From a plasmid, in the sequence record NZ_CP072388.1: a stretch of DNA of 64,000 bases. One strand, 5' to 3'. Under the pieces are notes generated by a model, which made no database searches, was not told the DNA's origin, and saw only the letters and a program-made list of their open reading frames with translations. The position numbers and the translations under genes are program-made. Shown piece by piece: positions 19,148 to 28,550 of the stretch. The stretch's first letter is position 1. The number at the start of each line of letters is the position of its first letter.

Positions 19148-19924
19148 ATGACGACGACGACCGCGCTCGGAAACCAGAAGGGCGGTGTCGGGAAGACCAC
19201 GGTGTCGCTGTGTCTGCTGAGCGAGCTCGCTCGTCTCGGCAGGTCATGTCTGCTGATCGACCTCGATCAGCAGATGTCTGCGTCCTCGACCGTGGGCGCG
19301 GAGGGCGACATCACGATCGAGGACGTCCTGCGCGCGAAGGCTCCCGCGCACCTGTCCGATGCGATCGAGAAGTCGCAGTGGGAGGGGATCGACGTCGTTC
19401 CGGGCTCCGACACCATCCAGACCCTTGAACGTGACCCCGACGTCATGGCCGCCTTCCGTCTCCAGAAGGTCCTTCGAGACAACGCCGACCTGCTCTCCAA
19501 GTACGACGACATCATCATCGACCTGCCACCGGATCTGGGGACCTGTACGGTCTCCGGCCTCCTCGCGGCCGACCAGGTCGTCGCCGTGACGATCCCGGAG
19601 CCGTGGAGTTCCGAAGGCCTCGACCGATTCCTCACTACGCTCGAGGGGATCCGCCAGGGGCCTCACCCCTCGTTGACCCTGTTCGGCGTCATCGTGAACA
19701 TGGTCCGCCGCACCAACGAGCACCGGTACCGCATCGCCGAGTTGAACGACTCCGTGGGCGGGCTCGTCATGAACCCGGTGATCCCGCAGCGCGTCGCCGC
19801 GGCGGAGGTCGCAAGCGAGCAGCTGCCGCTGCACGAGCTGAAGAACGAGGGCGCAAAGGTCCTATCAGACCTGTTCGCTGAGCACGCCAGGGCGCTGGCC
19901 GAGGGCCGGAAGGGGAAGAACTGA
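19148..19924 (+). CDS. parA: ParA partition ATPase
   Basis: Walker A GNQKGGVGKTT. 258 aa. Confidence 0.9.
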   Translation: MTTTTALGNQKGGVGKTTVSLCLLSELARLGRSCLLIDLDQQMSASSTVGAEGDITIEDVLRAKAPAHLSDAIEKSQWEGIDVVPGSDTIQTLERDPDVMAAFRLQKVLRDNADLLSKYDDIIIDLPPDLGTCTVSGLLAADQVVAVTIPEPWSSEGLDRFLTTLEGIRQGPHPSLTLFGVIVNMVRRTNEHRYRIAELNDSVGGLVMNPVIPQRVAAAEVASEQLPLHELKNEGAKVLSDLFAEHARALAEGRKGKN

Positions 19925-20535
19925 TGCCGAAGCCGCGAATGTCGAAGAGAACAGCTCTCGACGTCGTCCTCGGTCAGCCGGCGCCTGTCGCGGCGCCGGA
20001 GTCCGGAAACGGGACGAGCACAACCACCGCTGTGGTCGAGCCTGAGCAGAGGGACGAAGGGCCAACGTCTGACGAGGCCGAAGGAACCGAACCCGAGCCC
20101 GCGCCCACAGCGGATGGCGCCCCGTCGGCAGAGAGCACAACGCTCGTTACGCCGGATCAGGACGAGACGGCGGAAGTTGAGGACGGCCAGCGCGAGACCA
20201 GCGAGACGGACGAGGCAGGCGAACCCGCTGAGTCGGCCGAGCCTGAACCGCTGCCCACCCCGGAGCCGGGGCCACGCCAGGCGGCGTCGAAGGCTCGACC
20301 TCGCAGGCATGCTCCGGCTGCCCCCTCTCTCGAGGAGTCTGACCCCCGATTTCAGCCGGTGCTCGGACGCAACGATGATGCTGCGCTCGTGCCGTTCTCG
20401 ACCCGCCTTACCCCAGATCTACGTCGCCGGCTCAAGCTCTACTCCGCGGTGTCGGGCGAGTCCACGACCAGCCTGACCAACCGCGCGCTCGACTACATGC
20501 TCGAGGTGGCCGAACGCAAGGTCGGCATGCGCTGA
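19924..20535 (+). CDS. partition centromere-binding protein, ParG-like (disordered acidic N-terminus, C-terminal RHH)
   Basis: ATG overlaps the parA stop (ATGA-type coupling). C-terminal LKLYSAVSGESTTSLTNRALDYMLE resembles an RHH fold. Confidence 0.55.
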   Translation: MPKPRMSKRTALDVVLGQPAPVAAPESGNGTSTTTAVVEPEQRDEGPTSDEAEGTEPEPAPTADGAPSAESTTLVTPDQDETAEVEDGQRETSETDEAGEPAESAEPEPLPTPEPGPRQAASKARPRRHAPAAPSLEESDPRFQPVLGRNDDAALVPFSTRLTPDLRRRLKLYSAVSGESTTSLTNRALDYMLEVAERKVGMR

Positions 20536-20559
20536 GTCATCCCGTCCATGTCTGAGGGC

Positions 20560-21010
20560 CCTGCGTCGATCGCGCGGGGCCCTCAGCCTTTGCGCAGGCG
20601 TGTGTGAAGTCATGAATGCATGAAGTCATGAGTACCGCGGTCCCAGCCGCGCCCAGCACCGTTCATGAAAGCATGCATGAATGCATAAACTCGCGAGCCC
20701 ATCGTTGGGCCGGCGTACATCCACCACCCGGACAGTTCATGCATGCCTTCATGAAAGCAGGAACGAATGAATGCATGATCCCGTGACCACTTTGCGTGCG
20801 TCGGTGAAAGTATGAAGTAGTTCACGCATTCATGTACCACTTCATGCATGACTGCATGTGTTGATGAAGCAAGTCATGAAGCCATTCATGTTTACATGCA
20901 TTCATGCATGACGTCATGAACGCATGAATGCATGAACGGTTCTCCTGCGAGCTGTTGGTTCGGGCGACCATGCATGAATGCATGAATGCATGCATGCGTT
21001 CATGCAGTTC
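20560..21010. repeat. dense iteron/centromere-like array built from CATG-centred palindromes (TTCATGCATGAA, TCATGA, GCATGC, ACATGT)
   Basis: More than 30 copies of the TCATG/CATGA hexamer in about 450 bp. AT-rich island inside 70% GC DNA. Six-frame ORFs here are M/H/C-rich artefacts of the repeated ATG/CAT. Confidence 0.8.
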
Positions 21011-21136
21011 ACACTGCCTCGCCTGCCTTGTCCTCGTTGGCGCAGTCGCGGGACAACCGAGATTAGAAGCTCCACGTGAGTGGGGCACAGCTCGTATGTG
21101 CGCACCTAGGCTGACATCGATAGAGCGGGAGGTGCG

Positions 21137-21667
21137 ATGGTCGAGCGTGGATCCTGCCGCACGTGCGGCGTGGAAACTGTCCGCCTGAGGTGCTTCGACG
21201 GCACTGTGCGGACATTCCACGCGCGAGAAGCCGCCAATCCCGATCTCGACGAGTCTCAGCGCTGGTACTACACGGCCACGCGCGGAGCGATCAGCGGCGC
21301 CGACGCGTCCTCGCCACCCAACAGGCCGTACCTAACCCTTCACCAGTGCCTGCGCACACGCGCCGGCTTCGGCGAGTCCACCAGAAACGAGGCCGGCACG
21401 ATCCGTGCCGCCGACGCAGTCGCGCTCCGTACGGATGTCCCCACGGTCAACGACTCGGCGCTGAGCCTCACCGGCTACCGCTGGACGTACCGATGGCCGT
21501 CCCACTGGGCGCACATCATCGCAGGCCGAGCACCCCAGGCGCTGTGCGGCGCCACCGTCCTGGTGCCCGAGGAGATGAGCGAGAGGGAACGCGCGCGGAT
21601 CTCGACGATGCACGTGTGCCCACGGTGCGTGCAGACGAACGCCCGCCACGAACGAACACGTCGCTAG
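21137..21667 (+). CDS. hypothetical protein with two Cys pairs (CxxC...CxxC), zinc-ribbon-like
   Basis: CRTCGVE at the N-terminus and CPRCVQT at the C-terminus. 176 aa. Confidence 0.45.
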   Translation: MVERGSCRTCGVETVRLRCFDGTVRTFHAREAANPDLDESQRWYYTATRGAISGADASSPPNRPYLTLHQCLRTRAGFGESTRNEAGTIRAADAVALRTDVPTVNDSALSLTGYRWTYRWPSHWAHIIAGRAPQALCGATVLVPEEMSERERARISTMHVCPRCVQTNARHERTRR

Positions 21668-21728
21668 GGGAGCACGCGCATCGACGCCGTGTGCGAAGAT
21701 CTACAACGAATGCAAAGACTGCAAAGGA

Positions 21729-22868
21729 GTGCGAACGGTGGCGCGTAACCCGTTCAAGCCCACAGCGGGCGCCACACCGCCCCTGCTCGTCGGGCGTGAT
21801 GACGACCTCGAGGAGTTCGCTGAATCCCTGGACGACGGACCAGGCGCGCCCGGACGACTGACGATCTTCACCGGCGCCCGCGGCGTCGGCAAGACCGTGA
21901 TGCTCACCGAGGTCGCCGACACCGCGCTCCAGCGAGCCTGGGTGACGATCGCCGAGACCGCCACGCCCGGCCTCATCGACCGCCTCTCGGCAGCCACCTC
22001 GATGCTCTCGCGCGAGCACGATCCGACCAGCCACCGCGGCCGCAGCATCACCGGTGTCACCCTGCCGGTCGTAGGTGGAGGCCTCACCTTCAGCCAGGCA
22101 CCTGCCGTCGTCACGGCGTGGCGCGACGAGCTCGGGGGAGTGCTCGACGCACTCGAGAACCACGGCACCGGACTGCTCGTCACGATCGACGAGGTCCACC
22201 ACGTCGCACGCGAAGACCTTCGCGCACTCGCCGCAACGTTCCAGCACCTGGTACGCGAAGACCGCAACGTCGCCCTCGCCTTCGCCGGTCTCCCGTCGTC
22301 GGTCTCCGACCTGCTCAACGACGACGTCCTGACCTTCCTGCGCCGCGCCACACCCGTCCACCTGGAAGACGTCGCCCTCGACGACGTCAAGACCGCCCTG
22401 CGCACCACCATCACCGACAGCGGACGCACCATCACCGACACCGCCCTCGACGCCGCCGCACAAGCCACCGGCGGCTACCCCTTCATGATCCAGCTCGTCG
22501 GCTACCACGTATGGCGCAAAGCCAGCAGCGACACCATCGACGAAGCCGCCGTCGCACTCGGCATCCCAGCCGCCCGCAAGCGACTCGGCTCCACCGTCCA
22601 CGCCACGGCCCTCGCCGACCTGTCCGACGTCGACCGCACCTATCTGCTCGCCATGGCACAAGACGACGGCCCCTCCCGCACCGGAGTCATCGCGAAGCGA
22701 CTACGCGTCAGCGACTCCTACGCCCAGGTCTACCGCGGCAGACTCCTCGACGCCGGCATGATCGAGACAACCAGACGCGGCTACGTCGACTTCGCCATCC
22801 CCTACCTGCGCGAATACCTCCGCGAGCACGCCGCCCAGTACGAGATGGCAAACCGCCCCGAGAACTGA
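21729..22868 (+). CDS. AAA/ORC-Cdc6-like ATP-binding protein with C-terminal wHTH
   Basis: Walker A FTGARGVGKT, Walker B-like LLVTIDEVHHV. Alternative GTG at 21738 is preceded by aaggag. Confidence 0.65.
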   Translation: MRTVARNPFKPTAGATPPLLVGRDDDLEEFAESLDDGPGAPGRLTIFTGARGVGKTVMLTEVADTALQRAWVTIAETATPGLIDRLSAATSMLSREHDPTSHRGRSITGVTLPVVGGGLTFSQAPAVVTAWRDELGGVLDALENHGTGLLVTIDEVHHVAREDLRALAATFQHLVREDRNVALAFAGLPSSVSDLLNDDVLTFLRRATPVHLEDVALDDVKTALRTTITDSGRTITDTALDAAAQATGGYPFMIQLVGYHVWRKASSDTIDEAAVALGIPAARKRLGSTVHATALADLSDVDRTYLLAMAQDDGPSRTGVIAKRLRVSDSYAQVYRGRLLDAGMIETTRRGYVDFAIPYLREYLREHAAQYEMANRPEN

Positions 22869-22936
22869 CCTGTACCCCGCCAGCGCGCCCTGTCGCCGCG
22901 CAGCGCGCGCTGCGGGCCACCACCCAAGGAGCAGAC

Positions 22937-23098
22937 ATGACCCTCGACGTCAACTACCCGCCTACTCACCACCCAGCCGTAGCCGTCCCTGAGCGCCAAG
23001 ACGTCGAGCAGTCCCTGCTCGCCCACCTCCCTCAGCCCACAACGCCAGCCATCGGAGACCTGACCTGGCCAGGCCTCGAGGCACCCGAGAGCCTCTAG
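22937..23098 (+). CDS. small hypothetical protein (53 aa)
   Basis: Good RBS (aaggagcagac) 6 nt before the ATG. Internal to longer ORF 22118..23098. Confidence 0.35.
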   Translation: MTLDVNYPPTHHPAVAVPERQDVEQSLLAHLPQPTTPAIGDLTWPGLEAPESL

Positions 23099-23267
23099 CC
23101 GAACGACTGATCGACGCCCTCGCGCTCACCCGAGCACGAGGGCATCGTCGTTCCCGGACGCGGCCGATGGCCGAATGGGGGAGCGCTGAGGTGAGGTAGT
23201 GCCCGTCTTCGACCTCGGCTGGGCGCACGGAGATCGAAAGCGTCCTAGCTCGCAAGGAAGCGCACGG

Positions 23268-23510
23268 TTACCCGCGGTGCTTCTCAACGTTGCGATACAG
23301 GTCGAGCAGTTCCTGCACGTCGCGTTCCTCCGCGCGCCGACGAACGTCCGGACCAGACACCCGGAACGCACACCAAGCGATCACGGCGACGTAGACGAAC
23401 AAGCCCGCCACGAGCACGAGCCACTCACCGCTGTCACCGACGACCTCGTCCATGCGCTCGACCGTACCGCCCCCCTCACCCAGCTCACCGACGACCCAGG
23501 GAAGAGACAA
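23268..23510 (-). CDS. small membrane protein (80 aa)
   Basis: One central TM helix (WLVLVAGLFVYVAVIAWCAF). Divergent from repeat copy 1. Confidence 0.4.
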   Translation of the reverse strand: MSLPWVVGELGEGGGTVERMDEVVGDSGEWLVLVAGLFVYVAVIAWCAFRVSGPDVRRRAEERDVQELLDLYRNVEKHRG

Positions 23511-23528
23511 GTCGGCGGCCGAGACTCG

Positions 23529-23880
23529 TGGTGGAGCTCGGCAGGGTGCGTGGTGCGCCGGCCGGTGGCCGGCCCGATCTGTGGCCGCTGCGCGGCCCGG
23601 TGCTTTCCCGCGCTGCGCGCGGGGAAGTCGTCCCCTCCTGGCTCTCCATCATCGCCCGCGCGACCCTGCGCGCAACCCGCTCGACTACGTCGCCGGCCCG
23701 TCGCCGAAACTCGTCGCCCGGCGCTCCTTCGTCGCTTCATCCGGGCGACGAGCCCCGTCGTCGGACCGTACCGCGGGTTGCACTCCGGGCCGCTTATGCG
23801 GGCGTTGATTACGGAGCCAGGAGGGGGCGAAAAACGGTCGGGACCACCCGCCACCCGCCACCTGGCAGGAAGGAGCCCCC
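23529..23880 (+). repeat. R1 leader repeat, copy 1 (about 350 bp, non-coding, ends in RBS plus start codon of downstream gene)
   Basis: Near-identical to 25144-25495 and 29240-29539. Contains hairpin CCCGCGC-tgc-GCGCGGG and the conserved tail ggagccaggagggggcgaaaaacggtcgggaccacc. Confidence 0.8.
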
Positions 23881-24915
23881 GTGGCTCACCAGCCCGCACT
23901 CCGCGCCCGCACCGTCGCCGACGTGCTCGCCTACATCCCCGCGTGCATCGGGTACACCCCGACCGAGAGCATGGTCGTCGTCGCCCGCCGGTCGAGCACC
24001 GGCACCGTCGGCCTGGTCGCTCGCGCGGACCTGTCCGACGTCACGCCCGAGACGGCCGACATGCTCGCCGTGCACGTCGCCAACGACCGCGCCGCGTCCG
24101 CGATCATCGCCCTGTACACCGAGGACCGCGAGCAGGCCGACCGCACCCTCGCGGGCATGACCGAGGCCCTGCACGGCCAGGCCGTCGACGTGTACGACGC
24201 CGTGCAGGTCAGCGCCGACGGGTACGTCGACCTCCACGCGCCGCACCCGGTCGTGCGCCCGCTGTCGGACGTGACCTCGAGCGTGCTCGCCGCCGAACTG
24301 GTCGCCTCCGGCGTCGCCCCGGCGCGTGACCGCGCCGGGCTGCTGCCCGGCGCGGCCGACGAGGCCGCCCAGGACCTCGCCCGCAGTGCGGCCGCCAAGC
24401 ACGCCGCCAAGACGCGCGACGAGCAGACCACCCACGCGCTCGCCACGTGGCGACTCGCGCTCAGCGGCCTGGTCGACGGCCCCGCGATCTACGGCGAACT
24501 CGCGCAGATGCTCACGCACATCAAGGTCCGTGACGCCGCCCTGCTGACCGCCGTCCCCGACGTCGACCCGGACACCGTGACCCAGGTTGTCACCGGGCAG
24601 AACCCGGACGACGACGCCGTGGGCCGCGCGATCGCCGCGATGGTGGACCCGAAGGTCGGCGTCCAGCCCGGTGAGGCCGCCGACGCCGCGCGCGATCTGC
24701 TCGCGCAGATCATCGCGCACGTGCCCACCAGCGCCGCCGCGTGGACGCTGTGGGGCTTCCTCACGTGGTGGACCGGGCAGAACGGCATCGCGGGCGACGC
24801 CATCGACCGCGCGCTCAGCGTCGACGACGGCTATCGCCTGGCCCTGATGCTGCGGGCCGTGCTTCGGGCGGGCCTGCCGCCCGCATGGGTCGTGCGCGAG
24901 CGCGACGCGCAGTGA
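23881..24915 (+). CDS. DUF4192-like hypothetical protein (344 aa)
   Basis: GTG start right after R1 copy 1. Actinobacterial mobile-element protein family. No catalytic motif recognised. Confidence 0.6.
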   Translation: MAHQPALRARTVADVLAYIPACIGYTPTESMVVVARRSSTGTVGLVARADLSDVTPETADMLAVHVANDRAASAIIALYTEDREQADRTLAGMTEALHGQAVDVYDAVQVSADGYVDLHAPHPVVRPLSDVTSSVLAAELVASGVAPARDRAGLLPGAADEAAQDLARSAAAKHAAKTRDEQTTHALATWRLALSGLVDGPAIYGELAQMLTHIKVRDAALLTAVPDVDPDTVTQVVTGQNPDDDAVGRAIAAMVDPKVGVQPGEAADAARDLLAQIIAHVPTSAAAWTLWGFLTWWTGQNGIAGDAIDRALSVDDGYRLALMLRAVLRAGLPPAWVVRERDAQ

Positions 24916-25060
24916 CACCCGGCGCGCGGCCCGTGGGACAGCCCCGCGGGCCGCGCGCCCTCCGCGCGGGGTGCTGCCCGTACCGGCCCATCGAGGGCCG
25001 GCACGAGCACCGGGGAGCTGCCGCCCCCCGGACCCCCGCCTCATCCCGACGCGCGTCCCA
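24916..25060 (+). repeat. R2 trailer repeat, copy 1 (hairpins GCGCGGCCCG...CGGGCCGCGC and CCGGCCC-atcga-GGGCCGG)
   Basis: About 130 bp, largely conserved with 26903-27045. Terminator-like inverted repeats. Confidence 0.7.
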
Positions 25061-25143
25061 GCAGACCGCACCGAACCAGCCACCAGCGCCAGGCCGGGGA
25101 GCGGCCCGTGGCCGATGGGGGAGTGCCGGTAGCGGGTGCGCCT

Positions 25144-25495
25144 GGTGGAGCTCGGCCAGGTGCGTGGTGCGCCGGCCGGTGGCCGCCCCGATTCGGTGGC
25201 CGCTGCGCGGCCTGGTGTTCTCCCGCGCTGCGCGCGGGGGAGTCGTCCCCTCCTGGCTCTCCATCATCGACCGCGCGACCCTGCGCGCAACCGACCTCGC
25301 TGCGCGTCCCGGCCCGGCGAAACTCGGCGGCCTGCGGTCGCTGCGCTCCCTGAGCTCGGCCGGCGAGCCCCGCCGTTCCGGGACCGGTCGGTTGCGCTCT
25401 GGGCCGCTTGTGCGGTCGGTGATTACGGAGCCAGGAGGGGGCGAAAAAACGGTCGGGACCACCGGCCACCCACCTGCTGGCGGGAAGGGGCACCC
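25144..25495 (+). repeat. R1 leader repeat, copy 2
   Basis: See copy 1. Copies differ by single-nucleotide indels (gaaaaacgg versus gaaaaaacgg), so R1 is non-coding. Confidence 0.8.
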
Positions 25496-26902
25496 ATGAC
25501 CACCGACACCACGGCCACTCAGGCCGAGACGACCACCACCGCCGACGGCGCGGAGTTCGCCCACGTCGACCCGCGCACCCTGGTTGTCGGCGTGAACGTG
25601 CGCGCCGACGCCGACCTCACGCCCGCGTTCGTCGGCTCGATCAAGCAGCACGGAGTCCTGCAGCCCGTGCGCGTGCGCCGCGACGACGACGGCACGCTCG
25701 TCGTCCTGCACGGCCAGCGCCGCACCCTGGGCGCGATCGAGGCGGGCCAGGCGACGATCCCCGCGTACATCGTGACCAGCAGCGGCGAGGGCGCGCAGCG
25801 CATCGTGGAGCAGTTGGCCGAGAACGACCATCGCGAGGACATGCGCGACAGCCACCGCACCGCCGCCTACCGTCAGCTCTCGCTCGAGTTTGGGCTGAGC
25901 GCGGCGCAGATCGCCAAGCGCACCGGCACGAAGAAGGCCGTCGTCCAGGCCACGCTCACCGTGGCCGAGTCCCAGGTCGCCGCCGCCGTGCAGGCCAAGT
26001 ACGACCTGCCGCTGGATGTGGCCGCCGCCCTGGCGGAGTTCGACGACGACACTGAGACCGTCAAGAACCTGACCGCCGTCGCGGTCAAGGAGCCTGGCCG
26101 CTTCGCCCACGAGGCTCAGCGCGCGCGTGACGAGCGCCAGCGCGCCGCCGAGGTCGCCGCCGCCCGCGAGACCCTGACCGCACAGAACGTGACCGAGGTC
26201 GAGCGCCCCGACTACAACGACGCCAAGGTCCAGCACCTGGCTCGACTCAAGCCCACCAACGACGACCCGAACGGCACCGACCTGACCCCCGAGGCGCACG
26301 CCGAGTGCCCCGGTCACGCGGCGTACATCGCCGCGCAGTGGAACCGCGTCGAGATCGTCTACGTCTGCACGAACTGGCGCACCCACGGCCACGCCGACCG
26401 CTACGGCACCACCAGCACCCAGCGCACCGGACCGATGAGCGAGGCCGAGAAGGCCGAGCGCAAGCAGGTCATCGAGAACAACAAGGCGTGGAAGTCCGCC
26501 GAGACCGTGCGCCGGACCTGGCTCGCGGAGTTCGCCCAGCGCAAGACCGCCCCCAAGGGCGCCGCCGAGTACATCGCCCACGCGATCGCCACCGAAACCC
26601 ACACCCTGCGACGCGCAGGAGAGCGCGGACACACACTGGCCAGCGAATGGCTCGGCATCAAGACCGAGACCAGCCCGTACCCGACCGGACGCGGCCTGGC
26701 CGACCTCATCGCCAAGGCCACCCCCAGCCGCGCCCAGCACATCGCGCTCGTCCTCGCCCTCGCCGCACGCGAGGCCGAGACCGGCGTGCAGACCTGGCGC
26801 CGCGAAGGCGCCGAACAGACCTACCTCAGCGCACTCGAAACCTGGGGCTACACCCTCAGCGACGTCGAGCAGATCGCCCGAGGCCAGGCGCCCACCGAGT
26901 AG
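25496..26902 (+). CDS. ParB/Srx N-terminal domain protein (ParB-like nuclease domain), 468 aa
   Basis: LQPVRVRRDDDGTLVVLHGQRRTLGAIEAG matches the ParB N-terminal domain fold motif (GxRR). ATG at 25496 directly follows R1 copy 2. Confidence 0.65.
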   Translation: MTTDTTATQAETTTTADGAEFAHVDPRTLVVGVNVRADADLTPAFVGSIKQHGVLQPVRVRRDDDGTLVVLHGQRRTLGAIEAGQATIPAYIVTSSGEGAQRIVEQLAENDHREDMRDSHRTAAYRQLSLEFGLSAAQIAKRTGTKKAVVQATLTVAESQVAAAVQAKYDLPLDVAAALAEFDDDTETVKNLTAVAVKEPGRFAHEAQRARDERQRAAEVAAARETLTAQNVTEVERPDYNDAKVQHLARLKPTNDDPNGTDLTPEAHAECPGHAAYIAAQWNRVEIVYVCTNWRTHGHADRYGTTSTQRTGPMSEAEKAERKQVIENNKAWKSAETVRRTWLAEFAQRKTAPKGAAEYIAHAIATETHTLRRAGERGHTLASEWLGIKTETSPYPTGRGLADLIAKATPSRAQHIALVLALAAREAETGVQTWRREGAEQTYLSALETWGYTLSDVEQIARGQAPTE

Positions 26903-27045
26903 CACCCAGCGCGGTCCGTGGGACAGACCCGCGGGCCGCGCACCCGGGTGCGCGCGCTGCCTGCGCCGGCCCATCGAGGGCCGGCGCAGACACCGGGGAG
27001 CTGCCGCCCCCCGAACCCCCGCCTCGGCATGAGTACCGGATCAGA
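26903..27045 (+). repeat. R2 trailer repeat, copy 2
   Basis: Same hairpins as copy 1 (cgcggtccgtgggacagacccgcgggccgcg; ccggcccatcgagggccgg). Confidence 0.7.
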
Positions 27046-27192
27046 AGAACGCCACCGTGGCCGACGGTCGAGATTTCAACGAGGAACTTCCGAGCCTACG
27101 TGCGGCTGCCGTGATGACCAGGTGCGATTGGCCTCGAGGTGGCCGGATTCCGCGCTTTCATCGTCTGGGTCGGTTGCATAGAACCCGAACGC

Positions 27193-28542
27193 TCATGGCG
27201 ACGAGAGGGTCGCGACTCGCCAGTTGAGGCTATTTGCGACTTCGTAGACGGAGGCTGCGAATCCGTACGGGCTGCATCCGCGGCCGTTCGGCTGCGCAGC
27301 AGGGACCCCGTTGCAGTTGTCCAGGACCCACTCCTCGTCTTCGAACCAGTAGATCCCCGAGATGACGCCCAGAGCGCGTGGTCGGAAGCCCGCGTCGACG
27401 GAAACCAAGTCGAACACGGGGCCACCGCTGTCTCCGCTGCCCCACAGCGGTTCGCCGAGTTGGTTGACGATACGAGCGACCTTTGCGCTGGTGATGTCGG
27501 TGTCCTCATACTCGACGAAATAGTCGGTTTCGACGACCTGCCCACCGCAGGTCATGCCGGAGTACGATCCCGAGCTGCAGACCTCTTGTCCGAGAAGATA
27601 GCCAGTGGAGACTGCCTCCACGCCGACGTACTGGGTGCTCGTGTACTCGCCGATGTACATGTAGGGGTTCGACCAGTCCTGCGTCAGGACGGCGCCGTCG
27701 AGGCTTGTGAGCCGGTGCGTCATGTTGCCGTAGTGGTAGGCCATGAGGCCGCCTTCAGACATGGCGGTACGGACCCATTGGGAGTTGATCGGACCGCAGT
27801 GGGCGGCGGTGACCATCCCGTAGTCGCCGGTGACCTTGTGTCGGGTGGCGAAAGCGGTGCTGCAGTTGCCACGGAGGTAGCCGTCCTGGAACCGGCTTAT
27901 CCGGGCGCCGCCCAAGTGCAGGTTGTCGGACAGTCGGGCGGGGTTGTTCTGGACGTTCTCGTTGACGCGCACCGGCACGCCGGCGATCTCGCTCAGCTCG
28001 TTGGCTACTTCGTCGCGATCGGGGCTCGCGCTGCGGCGTGCACCGGTTGACGTGCTCTGGTCAAGGTCCACATAGACGCCAGAGGCGTCGGCGTTGACGC
28101 CCGCGCCGGCGACCTTTGCACCGCCCACCTCGGTGCCGGGAAGACTTGCCGCGGCCCGGCGGAGGTCTCCAGGGAGGTACGGGGCGGCAGTAACCGCCAA
28201 GTTCTCCGACGGCGTCAGGTCAGCTGGGACGTCCCCGTACCACGCGACAGACAGGTGGGACCGGTCGTCCGAGATGGCGAGCGTGCCGAGGCGGTCGTCG
28301 GAGCCGTAGCGCTTCCTGATCTCGTCGGCCTTGGCGGCCACAACCTCGGGAATGGCGGGCGTGTGAAGGTGCTGCGCCAGGTCAGACGGGTCGAGGACTG
28401 ACCGTTGATCGACGGGGCCCTGTACATCGGGCTCAGGCGGCGGGACGGGCGAGTTCGTCGCGTGTGCAGCGATCCCCCCGCACAGAGAGAGCGAGACGGC
28501 GGCGACGAGCGCATAGCTGCCGCGTTGCAGCCTGGACTTCAT
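27193..28542 (-). CDS. secreted trypsin/chymotrypsin-family (S1) serine protease, alpha-lytic/streptogrisin-like
   Basis: Signal peptide, TAAHCG (His) and GDSGGP (Ser). Locally lower GC. Confidence 0.8.
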   Translation of the reverse strand: MKSRLQRGSYALVAAVSLSLCGGIAAHATNSPVPPPEPDVQGPVDQRSVLDPSDLAQHLHTPAIPEVVAAKADEIRKRYGSDDRLGTLAISDDRSHLSVAWYGDVPADLTPSENLAVTAAPYLPGDLRRAAASLPGTEVGGAKVAGAGVNADASGVYVDLDQSTSTGARRSASPDRDEVANELSEIAGVPVRVNENVQNNPARLSDNLHLGGARISRFQDGYLRGNCSTAFATRHKVTGDYGMVTAAHCGPINSQWVRTAMSEGGLMAYHYGNMTHRLTSLDGAVLTQDWSNPYMYIGEYTSTQYVGVEAVSTGYLLGQEVCSSGSYSGMTCGGQVVETDYFVEYEDTDITSAKVARIVNQLGEPLWGSGDSGGPVFDLVSVDAGFRPRALGVISGIYWFEDEEWVLDNCNGVPAAQPNGRGCSPYGFAASVYEVANSLNWRVATLSSP

Positions 28543-28550
28543 GTTTCCCC

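Noticed and set aside
20610-21220. Met/His/Cys-rich small ORFs (for example MHEVVHECVNY..., MHERFSCELL...) across the CATG repeat island
   Set aside because: The composition is produced by the repeated ATG/CAT of the palindromic iterons. No RBS, no coherent frame across repeats, and AT-rich non-coding context.
23452-23808. ORFs inside the R1 repeats on both strands (for example 23452..23808, 25108..25353, 29025..29399, 25041..25493, 29137..29550)
   Set aside because: The three repeat copies differ by single-nucleotide indels, so no reading frame is conserved between copies. The translations are Arg/Pro/Ala runs.
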